Assembly: GCF_008000775.2 (NCBI RefSeq)
Contig: NZ_CP042905.2
Span: 1,830,001-1,862,000, forward strand
Direction: 5' to 3'
Length of the DNA: 32,000 bases
Source: Promethearchaeum syntrophicum
Lineage (GTDB): Archaea > Asgardarchaeota > Lokiarchaeia > Sigyniarchaeales > Promethearchaeaceae
Shown: one piece after another, positions 10,210 to 19,946 of the stretch
Layout of the letters: each line of letters starts with the position of its first letter
How positions within the stretch are numbered: the first letter of the stretch is position 1
The notes under the pieces: generated by a model
What the model was told of the DNA's origin: nothing
Databases searched by the model: none
What the model saw: only the letters and a program-made list of their open reading frames with translations
Made by a program: the position numbers and the translations under genes

Positions 10210-11388
10210 ATGTTCGTAGATTTCTATTATTTATTAAGAGACTCTAAAATTCCTGTTTCTATAACAGAATTCTTATCTTTGACCGAGATTTTTTCAAAAA
10301 ACCTTATTCAAAATACAGTTGAATTTTATTATATTACCCGGAGTCTCCTAGTAAAGGATGAAAAGTACTACGATATCTTTGATCAAGTATTTATGAAGTA
10401 TTTTAATGATGCATATGTCCCTGAAAAACTAAAAGATGAAATTTTGGATTGGTTAGACCAACCTACAGATTCCATATTTGATATGCTAAGTTTGACTGAA
10501 GAAGAAAAAAAAATCTTGGAATTATATGATTGGGAAGATTTACGTAAGAAATTTGAAGCACGAATGTTAGAGCAAACAAAAGAACATCACGGCGGAAATT
10601 ATTGGATAGGAACTCGTGGAACATCTCCATTCGGGTGGGGTGGTAAAAAACCTGGAGGTATTCGGGTAGGAGGGATTGGAGGTATGCGTTCTGCTATTCA
10701 AATTGCTCAAAAAAGGCAGTTTAGGGACTATCGATCAGATAGAATTTTAGATACAAGACAAATTCAAATAGCTCTGAGAAAATTACGAAAATTGAGCAAA
10801 ATCGGGGCACCTGATGTATTAAATTTGGACGAAACTATTCAAAAAACCTGTAAACTTGGGGGAGAAATAGAATTTGTTTGGGAAAAACAGAAAAAAAACA
10901 ACTTAAAATTACTGCTCTTAATGGACGTAGGTGGTAGTATGGATCCATTTACATACATGGTCGAACAGCTATTTTCTGTGGCTAATCGAGCCAATCACTT
11001 TAAAAAATTTAAATATTTCTATTTTCACAATTGTATCTATGATAATTTATATGAAAGTATGGAATTATGGAATAAAAACAAGATTCCTCTAGCAGAGATT
11101 TTTAAGAAATATGATAAAGATTATCGAGTATTTATAGTAGGTGATGCTGCAATGGCTTTTTATGAATTAACATCTAAATATGGTGCTATTGATTATTATC
11201 AGAGAAATGATACTCCTGGAATAGTATGGTTACAGAAATTTAAGGAACATTTTCCAAAGTCAATTTGGCTTAATCCAGAAGTTCCAGGACCTTGGTTATC
11301 AGAATCACGAAAAATGATTATGGACATTTTTCCAATGTATCAATTGAGTTTAGACGGATTGGAAAAGGCAATTAAAAAGCTCATTTGA
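10210..11388 (+). CDS. VWA (CoxE-like) domain protein partner of MoxR ATPase
   Basis: LLLLMDVGGSMDPFTYMVEQLFS is a MIDAS-like motif; adjacent downstream of MoxR, Gly-rich segment GGNYWIGTRGTSPFGWGGKKPGG. Confidence 0.85.
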   Translation: MFVDFYYLLRDSKIPVSITEFLSLTEIFSKNLIQNTVEFYYITRSLLVKDEKYYDIFDQVFMKYFNDAYVPEKLKDEILDWLDQPTDSIFDMLSLTEEEKKILELYDWEDLRKKFEARMLEQTKEHHGGNYWIGTRGTSPFGWGGKKPGGIRVGGIGGMRSAIQIAQKRQFRDYRSDRILDTRQIQIALRKLRKLSKIGAPDVLNLDETIQKTCKLGGEIEFVWEKQKKNNLKLLLLMDVGGSMDPFTYMVEQLFSVANRANHFKKFKYFYFHNCIYDNLYESMELWNKNKIPLAEIFKKYDKDYRVFIVGDAAMAFYELTSKYGAIDYYQRNDTPGIVWLQKFKEHFPKSIWLNPEVPGPWLSESRKMIMDIFPMYQLSLDGLEKAIKKLI

Positions 11389-11416
11389 ACATACTATTTA
11401 TTCATTTTATAATCCA

Positions 11417-12313
11417 CTAATAAAAATCTCTCATAAATTTCTCAACCTCAATCCTTGACTGTTTAAAAGGACCGGGAGTTTCAATTTTAAGAGATGTTAG
11501 AGCTGCAGATAATAGGGCAGCTTCTTCCATATTCTTATGTAAACGCTCTGAAACGTAAGCAGCAGTGCATGTATCTCCACGACCAGTTCTCCCATTAAGA
11601 TTTCGGTTTTTGAAGGAAGTAGTTATCCATTTTTTATCTGAAACAACCAATAATTCTGTATTGTGTGAGATAAGTACTTCATTTGCTCCCATTTTTTGTA
11701 AATATTGTCCTGCTTTTATTCTACCATCACGAGATGAGGTAGAGATCCCGGTAAGAATTTCCGCTTCTGCAGCATCAGCTTTAAAAAAATGCACAAATGG
11801 CATTATTTCTTTAAGATTTTCATAAGGAACAAGTTCCATATTATTAGAAAATAGTACTTTTCTTGTGAGACCTTGCGCGTCAACAACCAATTTGCCTTTT
11901 TTGCTAAGGAGTTTTAAAATTTTTGTATTTAATTCACCAGTGACTAAGCCATTATACATAATCACTTTTGCTTGAAAATCTGGTATTTCTTCTAAATGAA
12001 ACGGATCCGCTTGCCCTAAAATTGTGCAAATTCTCCTTTCTTTATCCTTTGTTAGATAATCATTAAGAATGGAAGTAGTTTTCTCTGAATTTATCCATTT
12101 GATATTCTCTGAACCAGAAAATTTAGGGAATTCTTTTATTCTGAATTTATCACTTCTGGAAGATTTAGTTAAAACTCCCACATTATTTCCAAGTTGATGT
12201 AAAACCCAAACTGCATTCAATATTGCACCTCCTGTAAAAGTGATCTCAGAAGAAGGGGTTCGAATTATATCTATCGAAATATTACCAATGCAAAAAAAAT
12301 CATAAATTTCCAT
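11417..12313 (-). CDS. PfkB/ribokinase-family sugar kinase
   Basis: FFCIGNISIDII...FTGGAILNAVWVLHQLGNNVGVLTK...FFKADAAEAEILTG...GRTGRGDTCTAAYVSERL. Confidence 0.88.
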   Translation of the reverse strand: MEIYDFFCIGNISIDIIRTPSSEITFTGGAILNAVWVLHQLGNNVGVLTKSSRSDKFRIKEFPKFSGSENIKWINSEKTTSILNDYLTKDKERRICTILGQADPFHLEEIPDFQAKVIMYNGLVTGELNTKILKLLSKKGKLVVDAQGLTRKVLFSNNMELVPYENLKEIMPFVHFFKADAAEAEILTGISTSSRDGRIKAGQYLQKMGANEVLISHNTELLVVSDKKWITTSFKNRNLNGRTGRGDTCTAAYVSERLHKNMEEAALLSAALTSLKIETPGPFKQSRIEVEKFMRDFY

Positions 12314-12342
12314 TAAATTCTTTATTCTTTGATCTTATTTTT

Positions 12343-13277
12343 TTATTTTGGTTTAGCAGTTCGATTTTTTTTTTCATCGAAATATAAAATGTAATTTTTA
12401 CCTAAAATCTCTTGGATCTGGGAAAAATATTCTGGATTTCTCGCTTTTAACCATCTCAATCCATGTTTAATTGTCCATATTAAATAAAAATGTTTTTCTC
12501 CTCGTTCTTTTTTAGATTTCGATGCTAATTCATTATTTACTTCAATATTTGCATTTTTAACCCATTTTTTTGTTAGTTTAAGGATTTTTTCAGGCATATA
12601 TTTTGATAGATCTTTAAGATTATTGCCTACAGATTTACGAACATATACTGAAGGATCTGCCCTCAATAAATCCAAAATTTCCAAAATTTCATCATTTTTA
12701 TCTGGATTTCTAAGCCATTTTACATCAGATAGTGGCCTAAGGCTTTCGGCAATAAGACGTTTTATATTTGGATGCTTTTCAGTGAAGACCCAATTTTTTA
12801 AGTTTGAAGTGTTTTTACAGGAAAATTTTTTAAGCTTTTTCTAATAATATAACCACTCATTTCTCTAATTTCCCATTCAGAATCATTAGCCCAAGTTTTT
12901 GCTTGATTTAGCACTTTATCAATATTTATGTCAGAATGTGATACTGTTTCCGCTAAAAATGCAATAGCAAAATTTTTTAGATTGATATCTTTTATTTCCT
13001 TTCCATGATTAAAAATCTGAATAGAGAAATTTGAATTATCGAAATTCTTTCTATCTTTTAAAATTTTCACAAATCCAGCTGCAGTGTTCATTGCTATATA
13101 TACACTTCCTTTTCCAATTCGTTCTTTATCAGGTATAATCTCATATTCATGTTGCAGAAATAATCGAATATTATTTATCTCTGAATTTTTAAGTGGTAAG
13201 TTGAATAATTCTGCTTTTTCAGAAAAAGATTTAATTGTTCGTTTAATTATTGCAGATTTTGAACTAATTGACACCAC
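12343..13277 (-). pseudogene. AlkD-like / HEAT-repeat DNA alkylation repair-type protein, split into two frames by an apparent 1-nt indel near 12800
   Basis: The N-terminal ORF (12798..13277, ...WANDSEWEIREMSGYIIRKSLKNFPVKTLQT*) continues in another frame as LKNWVFTEKHPNIKRLIAESLRPLSDVKWLRNPDKNDEILEILDLLRADPSVYVRKSVGNNLKDLSKYMPE...(12343..). Together they give one contiguous HEAT-like array. Confidence 0.75.
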
Positions 13278-13594
13278 TTTCTTTAACCTCCAATTCTTTC
13301 TAATAAACTATTATTGTCTTCCTTTTTAAATAGGTTGAAAACAACTTTCTAAATAACACACACATCATTCTTTTTTTTAAGTAACACACACCCACTTTGT
13401 TCTGACCACACACCAGAACAAATTCTCTTTTTTCCTAATTTTCTTTAATTTCTTATCTAACTCTTAAATTTTCTTTTCGATTCTTTCTAATTATACTTCT
13501 TTTTAGGAAAAGAATGACTAAAATACATATAACCAAAAATTTACTATTATTTTTTAGTTATATACTTTAAAATTCACATACAAAATAAGACGAG

Positions 13595-14407
13595 TTGATA
13601 AATATTCACGTAGGTAAATCATTTTATATTATGTTTGATGTTGCGGAAGGCGGGATTGTTGAACCCATTGAATTTCGCAAAGATCAATTAACTCCAGATA
13701 AAAGCATTATTGTAATGGACGAAGATAACCAAAAAGTGTGGTTATGGCATGGAAAAGGGCGCGGATTAGTACCAAGACGTACAGCATTGCGACAAGCTCA
13801 ATCCCTCAAAGGACATGGCTATCAAGCAGGAAATGCAATAATCGGTCGAGATTTAGATGCGATTATTGAGATAGACGATCGAAAAGTCGGCAGAGAACCT
13901 GAATCAACCCAGAATAATGAGAAGCTAATGCTCTTATTAAACAAAAATTTTGAAGGAATTGGAAATTTCGTATACATTATTGGCAAAGGAGGAGAAAAAC
14001 CTGCTCCTGCTCAAAAAAGTCAACCAGTAATTAAACAAGTTACCCCTACTCCCATTGCTTCTAAACCAAAAGCACAAGAACCTGAACATCCAAAATTAGA
14101 CACTCCTAAGATAAATGTCAATGTTTTAAATGAAGAATTAGCAAAAACCGAACAAACACCATCTAAACCCGCTTTAGATGATTCCGATAAATTATTAATT
14201 GGAAAGGCAATCGTTATCCTAATGGATCAATTTAAAGATTTATTGATTTCATCAAAGGATGATGGAACTATAAAAATTGAACAAATGGAAGGAAATATTT
14301 GTTCATTTTCAGTTGATAATCACAAAATTTCATTTACTCCTGATTCATTTTCTGAAATTCCATCTGAGAAAAAGGAAGCTATTGAAACTCAAATTTTAAA
14401 GATATAA
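13595..14407 (+). CDS. Gelsolin-like domain protein with Pro/Lys-rich linker and small C-terminal domain (270 aa)
   Basis: SIIVMDEDNQKVWLWHGKGRGLVPRRTALRQAQSLKG matches the gelsolin-domain pattern (I-[FY/WL]-W-x-GKG ... A...A); linker PAPAQKSQPVIKQVTPTPIASKPKAQEPEHPK. Confidence 0.5.
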   Translation: MINIHVGKSFYIMFDVAEGGIVEPIEFRKDQLTPDKSIIVMDEDNQKVWLWHGKGRGLVPRRTALRQAQSLKGHGYQAGNAIIGRDLDAIIEIDDRKVGREPESTQNNEKLMLLLNKNFEGIGNFVYIIGKGGEKPAPAQKSQPVIKQVTPTPIASKPKAQEPEHPKLDTPKINVNVLNEELAKTEQTPSKPALDDSDKLLIGKAIVILMDQFKDLLISSKDDGTIKIEQMEGNICSFSVDNHKISFTPDSFSEIPSEKKEAIETQILKI

Positions 14408-14464
14408 TATCGATTTTTTCAAAAAATTTTTATTTTTCTTATTTTAAAATCAATAGTGTGAACA

Positions 14465-16267
14465 ATGGATTTTAACAAAATAATTTCCTATTATGAAAAG
14501 CTTGAATCTACTAGGAAAAGACTGGAAATGATAGAAATACTGGCACAATTATTTTCAGAATGTATTAAAGAAGAAAATCGTAAAGATTTTCGAAAAATTA
14601 TTTATTTAACGCAAGGTAGACTAGTTTCCGAAATTGATGATTTTCCAACTTTTGGTATTGCGGAAAAAATGGTGATACAAGCAATATCAAAATTTACAGG
14701 AATTGCAAATTCCAATGTAAAAAATTTAATCAATAAGAAAGGGGATGTAGGAGAAGCTCTAGAATCAATTCTTAAGAGAAGAGAGGGGAAAAAACAGACA
14801 TATTCTTTAGATACTTTTGTAAAAGAAACAAAAACTGAAAAAATATTGGAAATTAGTCGTTTATACAGTGAGCTCGAAAAATTATCAAAGATTAAAGGTG
14901 ATGGAAGCCAAGATCAGAAAATAAATTTGCTTACAGGGATTTTCCGATTAAGTTCACCTCAAAGTGCTAAATTTATTGTAAAAATCATCTTATCTGATTT
15001 ACGAATGGGTATCGCGGATAAGACAATTTTAGATTCTTTATCATTAAGTATTACTGGATCTAAAAACAATCGTTCCTTTATTGAACATGCCTATAATATT
15101 CATCCTGATTTGGGATATATTGCAGAAAAATTAATGAAGGAAGGATTAGAAGGAATTAAATCCATTACAATTCAAGTTGGAATCCCAATCCGTATGATGT
15201 TAGCATCGAGAATTCAATACACTGAAATCCAGAAGAAACTTGGAGGTGGAGATTTCATTGCTGAATATAAATATGATGGGGAGCGTGTCCAAGTCCATAA
15301 AAAAGGGCAAAAAATTTCTCTTTTTTCAAGGAGACTCAAAGATATCACTCACCAATACCCTGATATTGTTGAATGTGTAAATAATCAAGTTAAATCAGAA
15401 AATGCAGTATTTGAAGGTGAAATTGTCGCCATGGATGCTTTCTTTGAGAAAATGCTTCCTTTTCAAGTAGTTAGCACAAGAAGAAGAAAATATGATATTG
15501 AAAAGATGAAAAAAGAAGTTCCAGTATGTTTGTATAGTTTTGATTTATTATTTGAAAATGATGAATCTCTCCTAAATTTATCACTAAATGATAGAAGAAA
15601 ACGTTTAGAAAAAATGATTACTCCTTCAGAGACAATTCAATTCTCCAATAAAAAAATGATTCATAATACTCAAGAAATGGTTGAATACTTTAATGAAGCA
15701 AGAAAAAAAGGTGCTGAAGGTATTATGAATAAAGCAATTGGACCTGATTCAGTTTATAAATCCGGAAATCGAGGTTTTCTTTGGATTAAATTGAAAGGAT
15801 TAGAAGGAGGAAAAATGCTTGATACCATAGATATTGTAATTATTGGTGGTTCTTGGGGAAAAGGGAGAAGAAAGGGATTATTAAGCCCATTTTATGGTGC
15901 CGTCTATAATAAGGAAACAAATATGTTTGAATTTTTTACTCGAGTTGGATCTGGGTTTTCTGATGATGATTTGGAACAATTTACGGATCGATTAAAGAAA
16001 CTTGAAATCAAAAAGCCTCCGAAGAATATTATCTGTGCCGATACTCCCGATGTTTGGTTCCAACCCGAAATAATAATTGAGGTGATGGGAGATGAACTTA
16101 CAATATCGAATAAATCAGATGTAGGTGCAAGTTTAGGAGATCCGAGAGGATATTCTTTAAGATTTCCCGTCTATCAAAGAATTCGGGAGGATAAGAATAT
16201 ATATCAAATTACAACAACTCAGGAAATTCTCGAACTCTTTGAAATTCAGAATTCTCAAACCCTTTAA
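14465..16267 (+). CDS. lig: ATP-dependent DNA ligase
   Basis: Nucleotidyltransferase motif I EYKYDGERVQVHKKG; FEGEIVAMD; EGIMNKA; GFLWIKLKG; archaeal/eukaryotic ligase I-like N-terminus. Confidence 0.95.
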   Translation: MDFNKIISYYEKLESTRKRLEMIEILAQLFSECIKEENRKDFRKIIYLTQGRLVSEIDDFPTFGIAEKMVIQAISKFTGIANSNVKNLINKKGDVGEALESILKRREGKKQTYSLDTFVKETKTEKILEISRLYSELEKLSKIKGDGSQDQKINLLTGIFRLSSPQSAKFIVKIILSDLRMGIADKTILDSLSLSITGSKNNRSFIEHAYNIHPDLGYIAEKLMKEGLEGIKSITIQVGIPIRMMLASRIQYTEIQKKLGGGDFIAEYKYDGERVQVHKKGQKISLFSRRLKDITHQYPDIVECVNNQVKSENAVFEGEIVAMDAFFEKMLPFQVVSTRRRKYDIEKMKKEVPVCLYSFDLLFENDESLLNLSLNDRRKRLEKMITPSETIQFSNKKMIHNTQEMVEYFNEARKKGAEGIMNKAIGPDSVYKSGNRGFLWIKLKGLEGGKMLDTIDIVIIGGSWGKGRRKGLLSPFYGAVYNKETNMFEFFTRVGSGFSDDDLEQFTDRLKKLEIKKPPKNIICADTPDVWFQPEIIIEVMGDELTISNKSDVGASLGDPRGYSLRFPVYQRIREDKNIYQITTTQEILELFEIQNSQTL

Positions 16268-17262
16268 TTTTTTTTTCGCATTCTTTGAAAAAGAGCCGTC
16301 ATTAGAAGTGGAAATCCAATGGTACTGTCCACCCAAACACTAACGCTCTTGTCAGCTATTTCCTTTGAATACTTACCCCATGAGACACTCTCAGAAACCG
16401 TACACCCTGAGAGCCCTCCATCATATTCTGTTGCGGTATGTAGTCTAACTGCATAATTGTATCCACTGTTTCTTTTATTCTTTATTTGCTCAAGGTAAGG
16501 AAAAATTTGTTGAGACCAATTTCGAGGAACACCACCTCCAATGATAACAATACCATATTTATCATATTGTTCAATTTTCTCAGCGAAATTATCTATATCC
16601 CCGATTTCATCTAATATAATATTGTAATTATTAAATTTTCTATATTTTAATAAATTTATACTCAATTCAGAATCAGAGGTTGCACCACAAAAAATTGGAA
16701 TATTTTTATCTGCTGCAGTTCGTAAAAAACTTGTTTTTTTCATATTTTTCCCAATTATTTTAAATAGTTCAGATGGATAAATGATATGCAGAGTATTCTT
16801 AGAATATACTGTTGATATAAGTTTTAAAAGGTGGTTTTCAGCATTTTTATAATTATTTTCAGGAAGATAAGTATCATATATCCGATTAATACTTAAATTA
16901 TAAAGATCTTTATCACTGACATTCTTGGAACCAAGATAATGAGCTTGATTAGTTACATCATAACTATTAACAATTGAATGAATAATATTGGCTCCTGTTG
17001 TAACTATTGCATCAAACACATTGTTTTCAATTCCTTGACATATGATTTCTTCCATTCCTGCAGGAACCATCGCGCCACTCAAAGATAGTACTTTAAAACA
17101 TCTTGGAACACTGAGCATTTCCGTTAATATTTCCAGAGCTTTACCTAAATTACGTCCTTGAAAAGAACAAGATTTAAGCGCGTTTAATGCATTTTCCACA
17201 GTTTCAATTTTATTAGGATTAAAATTTTTTATTTTTTCTTTTAGATAATTATTATTTTTCAT
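16264..17262 (-). CDS. Deoxyhypusine synthase family protein
   Basis: SLSGAMVPAGMEEIICQGIENNVFDAIVTTGANIIHS...IPIFCGATSDSE...IIGGGVPRNWSQQ...TVSESVSWGKY (catalytic-Lys region SWGK). Confidence 0.88.
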   Translation of the reverse strand: MKNNNYLKEKIKNFNPNKIETVENALNALKSCSFQGRNLGKALEILTEMLSVPRCFKVLSLSGAMVPAGMEEIICQGIENNVFDAIVTTGANIIHSIVNSYDVTNQAHYLGSKNVSDKDLYNLSINRIYDTYLPENNYKNAENHLLKLISTVYSKNTLHIIYPSELFKIIGKNMKKTSFLRTAADKNIPIFCGATSDSELSINLLKYRKFNNYNIILDEIGDIDNFAEKIEQYDKYGIVIIGGGVPRNWSQQIFPYLEQIKNKRNSGYNYAVRLHTATEYDGGLSGCTVSESVSWGKYSKEIADKSVSVWVDSTIGFPLLMTALFQRMRKKN

Positions 17263-17312
17263 TCATCTCGCCCTATATTGATAGATTTAAAACTTAAAAA
17301 AAAAATGACAAA

Positions 17313-17864
17313 TTATTCTAAGATAAATACCGCAGCAGCCAATACTGTTGTAAAAATTCCATCATTCTCAACGATACAAGTCGATGTTGTTGATTTGGTT
17401 TCAACAATTTTATCACTCATATGGAATATTGCTCGTTTTTCATCATAATCAGCATCTATATCAAAATCTATTCCAAGAGTGCTAGCTAACATACTTGCAG
17501 CCAAATCTTCTGCAAAATTTCCCGCAGTTCTTTCATCTTGACCGAAGCTATGATGTTCACTTAGAAATCCATAATGATTTTCATCTTTTGGTTTGGCTAC
17601 ACCTATTGATGCAGAAATCAATCTGTTTCTTTCATATGAACAATGACGAGCTAAAACTACGAATGTAATTTGACCAGGTTTTAGCATCTTGAGTCCTTCT
17701 TCTCTTGATATTTCTTTGCAATTAGGGGGAAATATAGAAGAGACTTGGACAATATTCAATTGTGAAATTCCAGCGTCTAAAAGAGCTGATTCAAATGATT
17801 GAAGTTCTTTTTTATCTGATCCAACTCCTTTCGTAAAGAATACATATTTTGGGACTAAATTCAT
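17313..17864 (-). CDS. pdaD: Pyruvoyl-dependent arginine decarboxylase
   Basis: NIVQVSSIFPPNCK (self-cleavage Ser region), GQITFVVLARHCSYERNRLISASIGVAKP, YGFLSEHHSFGQ. Confidence 0.9.
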   Translation of the reverse strand: MNLVPKYVFFTKGVGSDKKELQSFESALLDAGISQLNIVQVSSIFPPNCKEISREEGLKMLKPGQITFVVLARHCSYERNRLISASIGVAKPKDENHYGFLSEHHSFGQDERTAGNFAEDLAASMLASTLGIDFDIDADYDEKRAIFHMSDKIVETKSTTSTCIVENDGIFTTVLAAAVFILE

Positions 17865-17880
17865 TGTAATCTCCTTATTT

Positions 17881-19098
17881 TTATATCTTCAGAACAAATT
17901 TTGGGAATAATTTTCCAACAATATTACCTAATTCTAAGTTTACAGTCCTATTAACAATTTTTTTTCCTCTATAGATATATGAAGTCTCAGCTACATCAGA
18001 AAAAATGGTGAATCCTTCTTGTATTTCCTGTTCACATACAAAATAGTGTTCATTTTCAATTTCTAAAACCTCAATAACACTATTAATATGGGGTAAATCG
18101 TAACCTCCACCATGTGGTAATACATTAAATTCTTTCAAATTTTTTAAAATTCCAAATTTTTTCGCTCGATTTTCAAATCCTAAATCATCAATTTGCTCTT
18201 CTGACAAACTTTTCACCCCGTGCATTAAATATATAGGAAGATCAGAACGTAAAGCTATAGGGAAAATTTTTTGTTCATCACTTGTAATATGTTGAGCACC
18301 TAAGACTAATTCTCCATAACTTAATAATCCTTGATGCAATGGATTTGAAATTTCTTTAAAATTTCCAAACAGCATTTCTGCTGCTTTTCTTCTTTTATCT
18401 GCTGCAAATTTTTTTGCAAAATTAAAAAATTCAAAATATTCTTTTGCATTATTTCCTTCTAAATATTTAATTTCTCCAAAGGGAGTATTTATAGAATTAC
18501 ATATATTCATTAAATTTTTAGATTTATCATAATATAATCCCACTCCTTTATCATTTTCTTGTTGTAACTCTGGAGCAGAACCATGAATAACAAACATATA
18601 TTTTGGAAACTTTTGAGAATTATAAGAATCTAAATCTGTTTCCATGATATCAATGAAGTGATTTCCTTTATGATAATCCCATTCAACTTTTATATTATCA
18701 ATATAAACTTCGCTTGATACAATATTTTTTACTTTTTTTAAAATATCATCAGGTTTAGGTAATTCATCTAAACCTCCAACTAACATACCGCAAGCATTTG
18801 GTTTTGTATCCACAAATATTAATGGGTCATTTTTATGACCCCAAATCAACTTTCCCCCATAACCATAACCAGAGTTCCATCTTCTTTTATTTCTAGATAT
18901 AGTTTCATCAGGAGTAGATATAAAGGTTGCATTTGGCTTAAGTCCCAAATGGTTTTGAGCAAAATGTATCTTTGCCAATCCAAAACGAAAATTTGATTTA
19001 CAAAGTTTTGCCGCGCCATCATCAATCCCAAGAGAGAAATAATGTTTCTGCGCGTATTTTAGCATTTCCGTTTTTTCCAAGGTATTTTTATATTTCAT
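17881..19098 (-). CDS. Conserved-looking protein of unknown function, His/Gly-motif rich (405 aa)
   Basis: Long ORF; motifs KPNACGMLVGGLDE, EWDYHKGNHFIDIMETD, MFVIHGSAPE, NVLPHGGGYDLPH; co-directional with 16-nt gap to the arginine decarboxylase gene. Confidence 0.8.
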   Translation of the reverse strand: MKYKNTLEKTEMLKYAQKHYFSLGIDDGAAKLCKSNFRFGLAKIHFAQNHLGLKPNATFISTPDETISRNKRRWNSGYGYGGKLIWGHKNDPLIFVDTKPNACGMLVGGLDELPKPDDILKKVKNIVSSEVYIDNIKVEWDYHKGNHFIDIMETDLDSYNSQKFPKYMFVIHGSAPELQQENDKGVGLYYDKSKNLMNICNSINTPFGEIKYLEGNNAKEYFEFFNFAKKFAADKRRKAAEMLFGNFKEISNPLHQGLLSYGELVLGAQHITSDEQKIFPIALRSDLPIYLMHGVKSLSEEQIDDLGFENRAKKFGILKNLKEFNVLPHGGGYDLPHINSVIEVLEIENEHYFVCEQEIQEGFTIFSDVAETSYIYRGKKIVNRTVNLELGNIVGKLFPKFVLKI

Positions 19099-19420
19099 AA
19101 TTACAATAACCTCTAAGCTTTTATTTTCTTATTTGTAGTCAATTAATGCCAATAAGGAATTTCATTAGATTTATTTTATATTTTGGATAAATTTATCGTG
19201 GAAAAATTAATTTAATTACATTTTTTTATAGGATTAATAATTAATTTTTTCATAATAGTAAATAAAATCTCAGTTAATAATGTATCGAAACTGCTGAATC
19301 CCTTTTTCTCTCTTTAAATGATGAAAACATGTTCTGTATAAAAATATTTTTTCCTAATTGATACGTTTAAATTTTAGGATTAAAGAGAGATGGCGTATTT
19401 CCAAAACCTTTATTTTACAA

Positions 19421-19433
19421 AAAAATATATAAT
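19421..19433 (+). promoter_or_regulatory. Putative TATA box of cassette A (AAAAATATATAAT)
   Basis: TATA-like motif 48 nt before the ATG, conserved in position and context with copy B, followed by AAATAAAAAAAA..TTTTTGTT.TTATC.CTA.C.CAAGATG. Confidence 0.45.
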
Positions 19434-19480
19434 ATGTCAAATAAAAAAAAAATTTTTGTTGTTTTTATCTCTATCGCAAG

Positions 19481-19897
19481 ATGAAAAAATCAGAAATAAT
19501 AATCAATAATTATAATAATTTGAAGAATATTGGTGATTTACTTGAAAAACTTGAGATATTAACTAAATGGGCTTCAGAAAACTCCATAATTGCCATTTTT
19601 TTTTATCCATCTGATCTGAGAAATAAAATGCAATCAATTGTATTTGCTGCTTATTTCTTAGGATTTTTTGAATTTTGTTATTTTTCCTTATTTTTTAGGA
19701 ATATTGGATGTTTATTATTACAAATACAAGAAACTGATTTATATAATGTATTTAAAACCAGGATTAATGTATCTTTAAATGATCATGACACAATATATGG
19801 ATTTAATACTAACACTAAAAAAGAGTATACGAACAAAAATAAGAGAGATATTTCACTTAATCTACATATTTCTTATCCTATTGGGTGTTTGACTTAA
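19481..19897 (+). CDS. Orphan duplicated protein A (138 aa), unknown function
   Basis: Paralogous to 23381..23806 with frame preserved. Blocks GFFEFCYxSLxFxNIGC, KxEYTNKNxRD and C-terminal SYPIGCLT* are conserved, with several synonymous differences in the conserved blocks (ACG/ACA, AAC/AAT, GAT/GAC, ATT/ATA). Confidence 0.75.
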   Translation: MKKSEIIINNYNNLKNIGDLLEKLEILTKWASENSIIAIFFYPSDLRNKMQSIVFAAYFLGFFEFCYFSLFFRNIGCLLLQIQETDLYNVFKTRINVSLNDHDTIYGFNTNTKKEYTNKNKRDISLNLHISYPIGCLT

Positions 19898-19946
19898 AAA
19901 GAGTGATATAATAAAGAAAAATCATATAGAAATTGGAGGTGAAAAA

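Noticed and set aside
12790-12815. Programmed -1 frameshift in the AlkD-like gene
   Set aside because: No X_XXY_YYZ heptamer in the correct frame before the stop and no obvious pseudoknot; a homopolymer-adjacent indel is simpler.
19874-19897. CaaX-like prenylation signal at the invariant C-terminus ...SYPIGCLT of the orphan proteins
   Set aside because: The Cys is third from the end, not fourth, so it is not a CaaX box; the conservation itself remains noteworthy.
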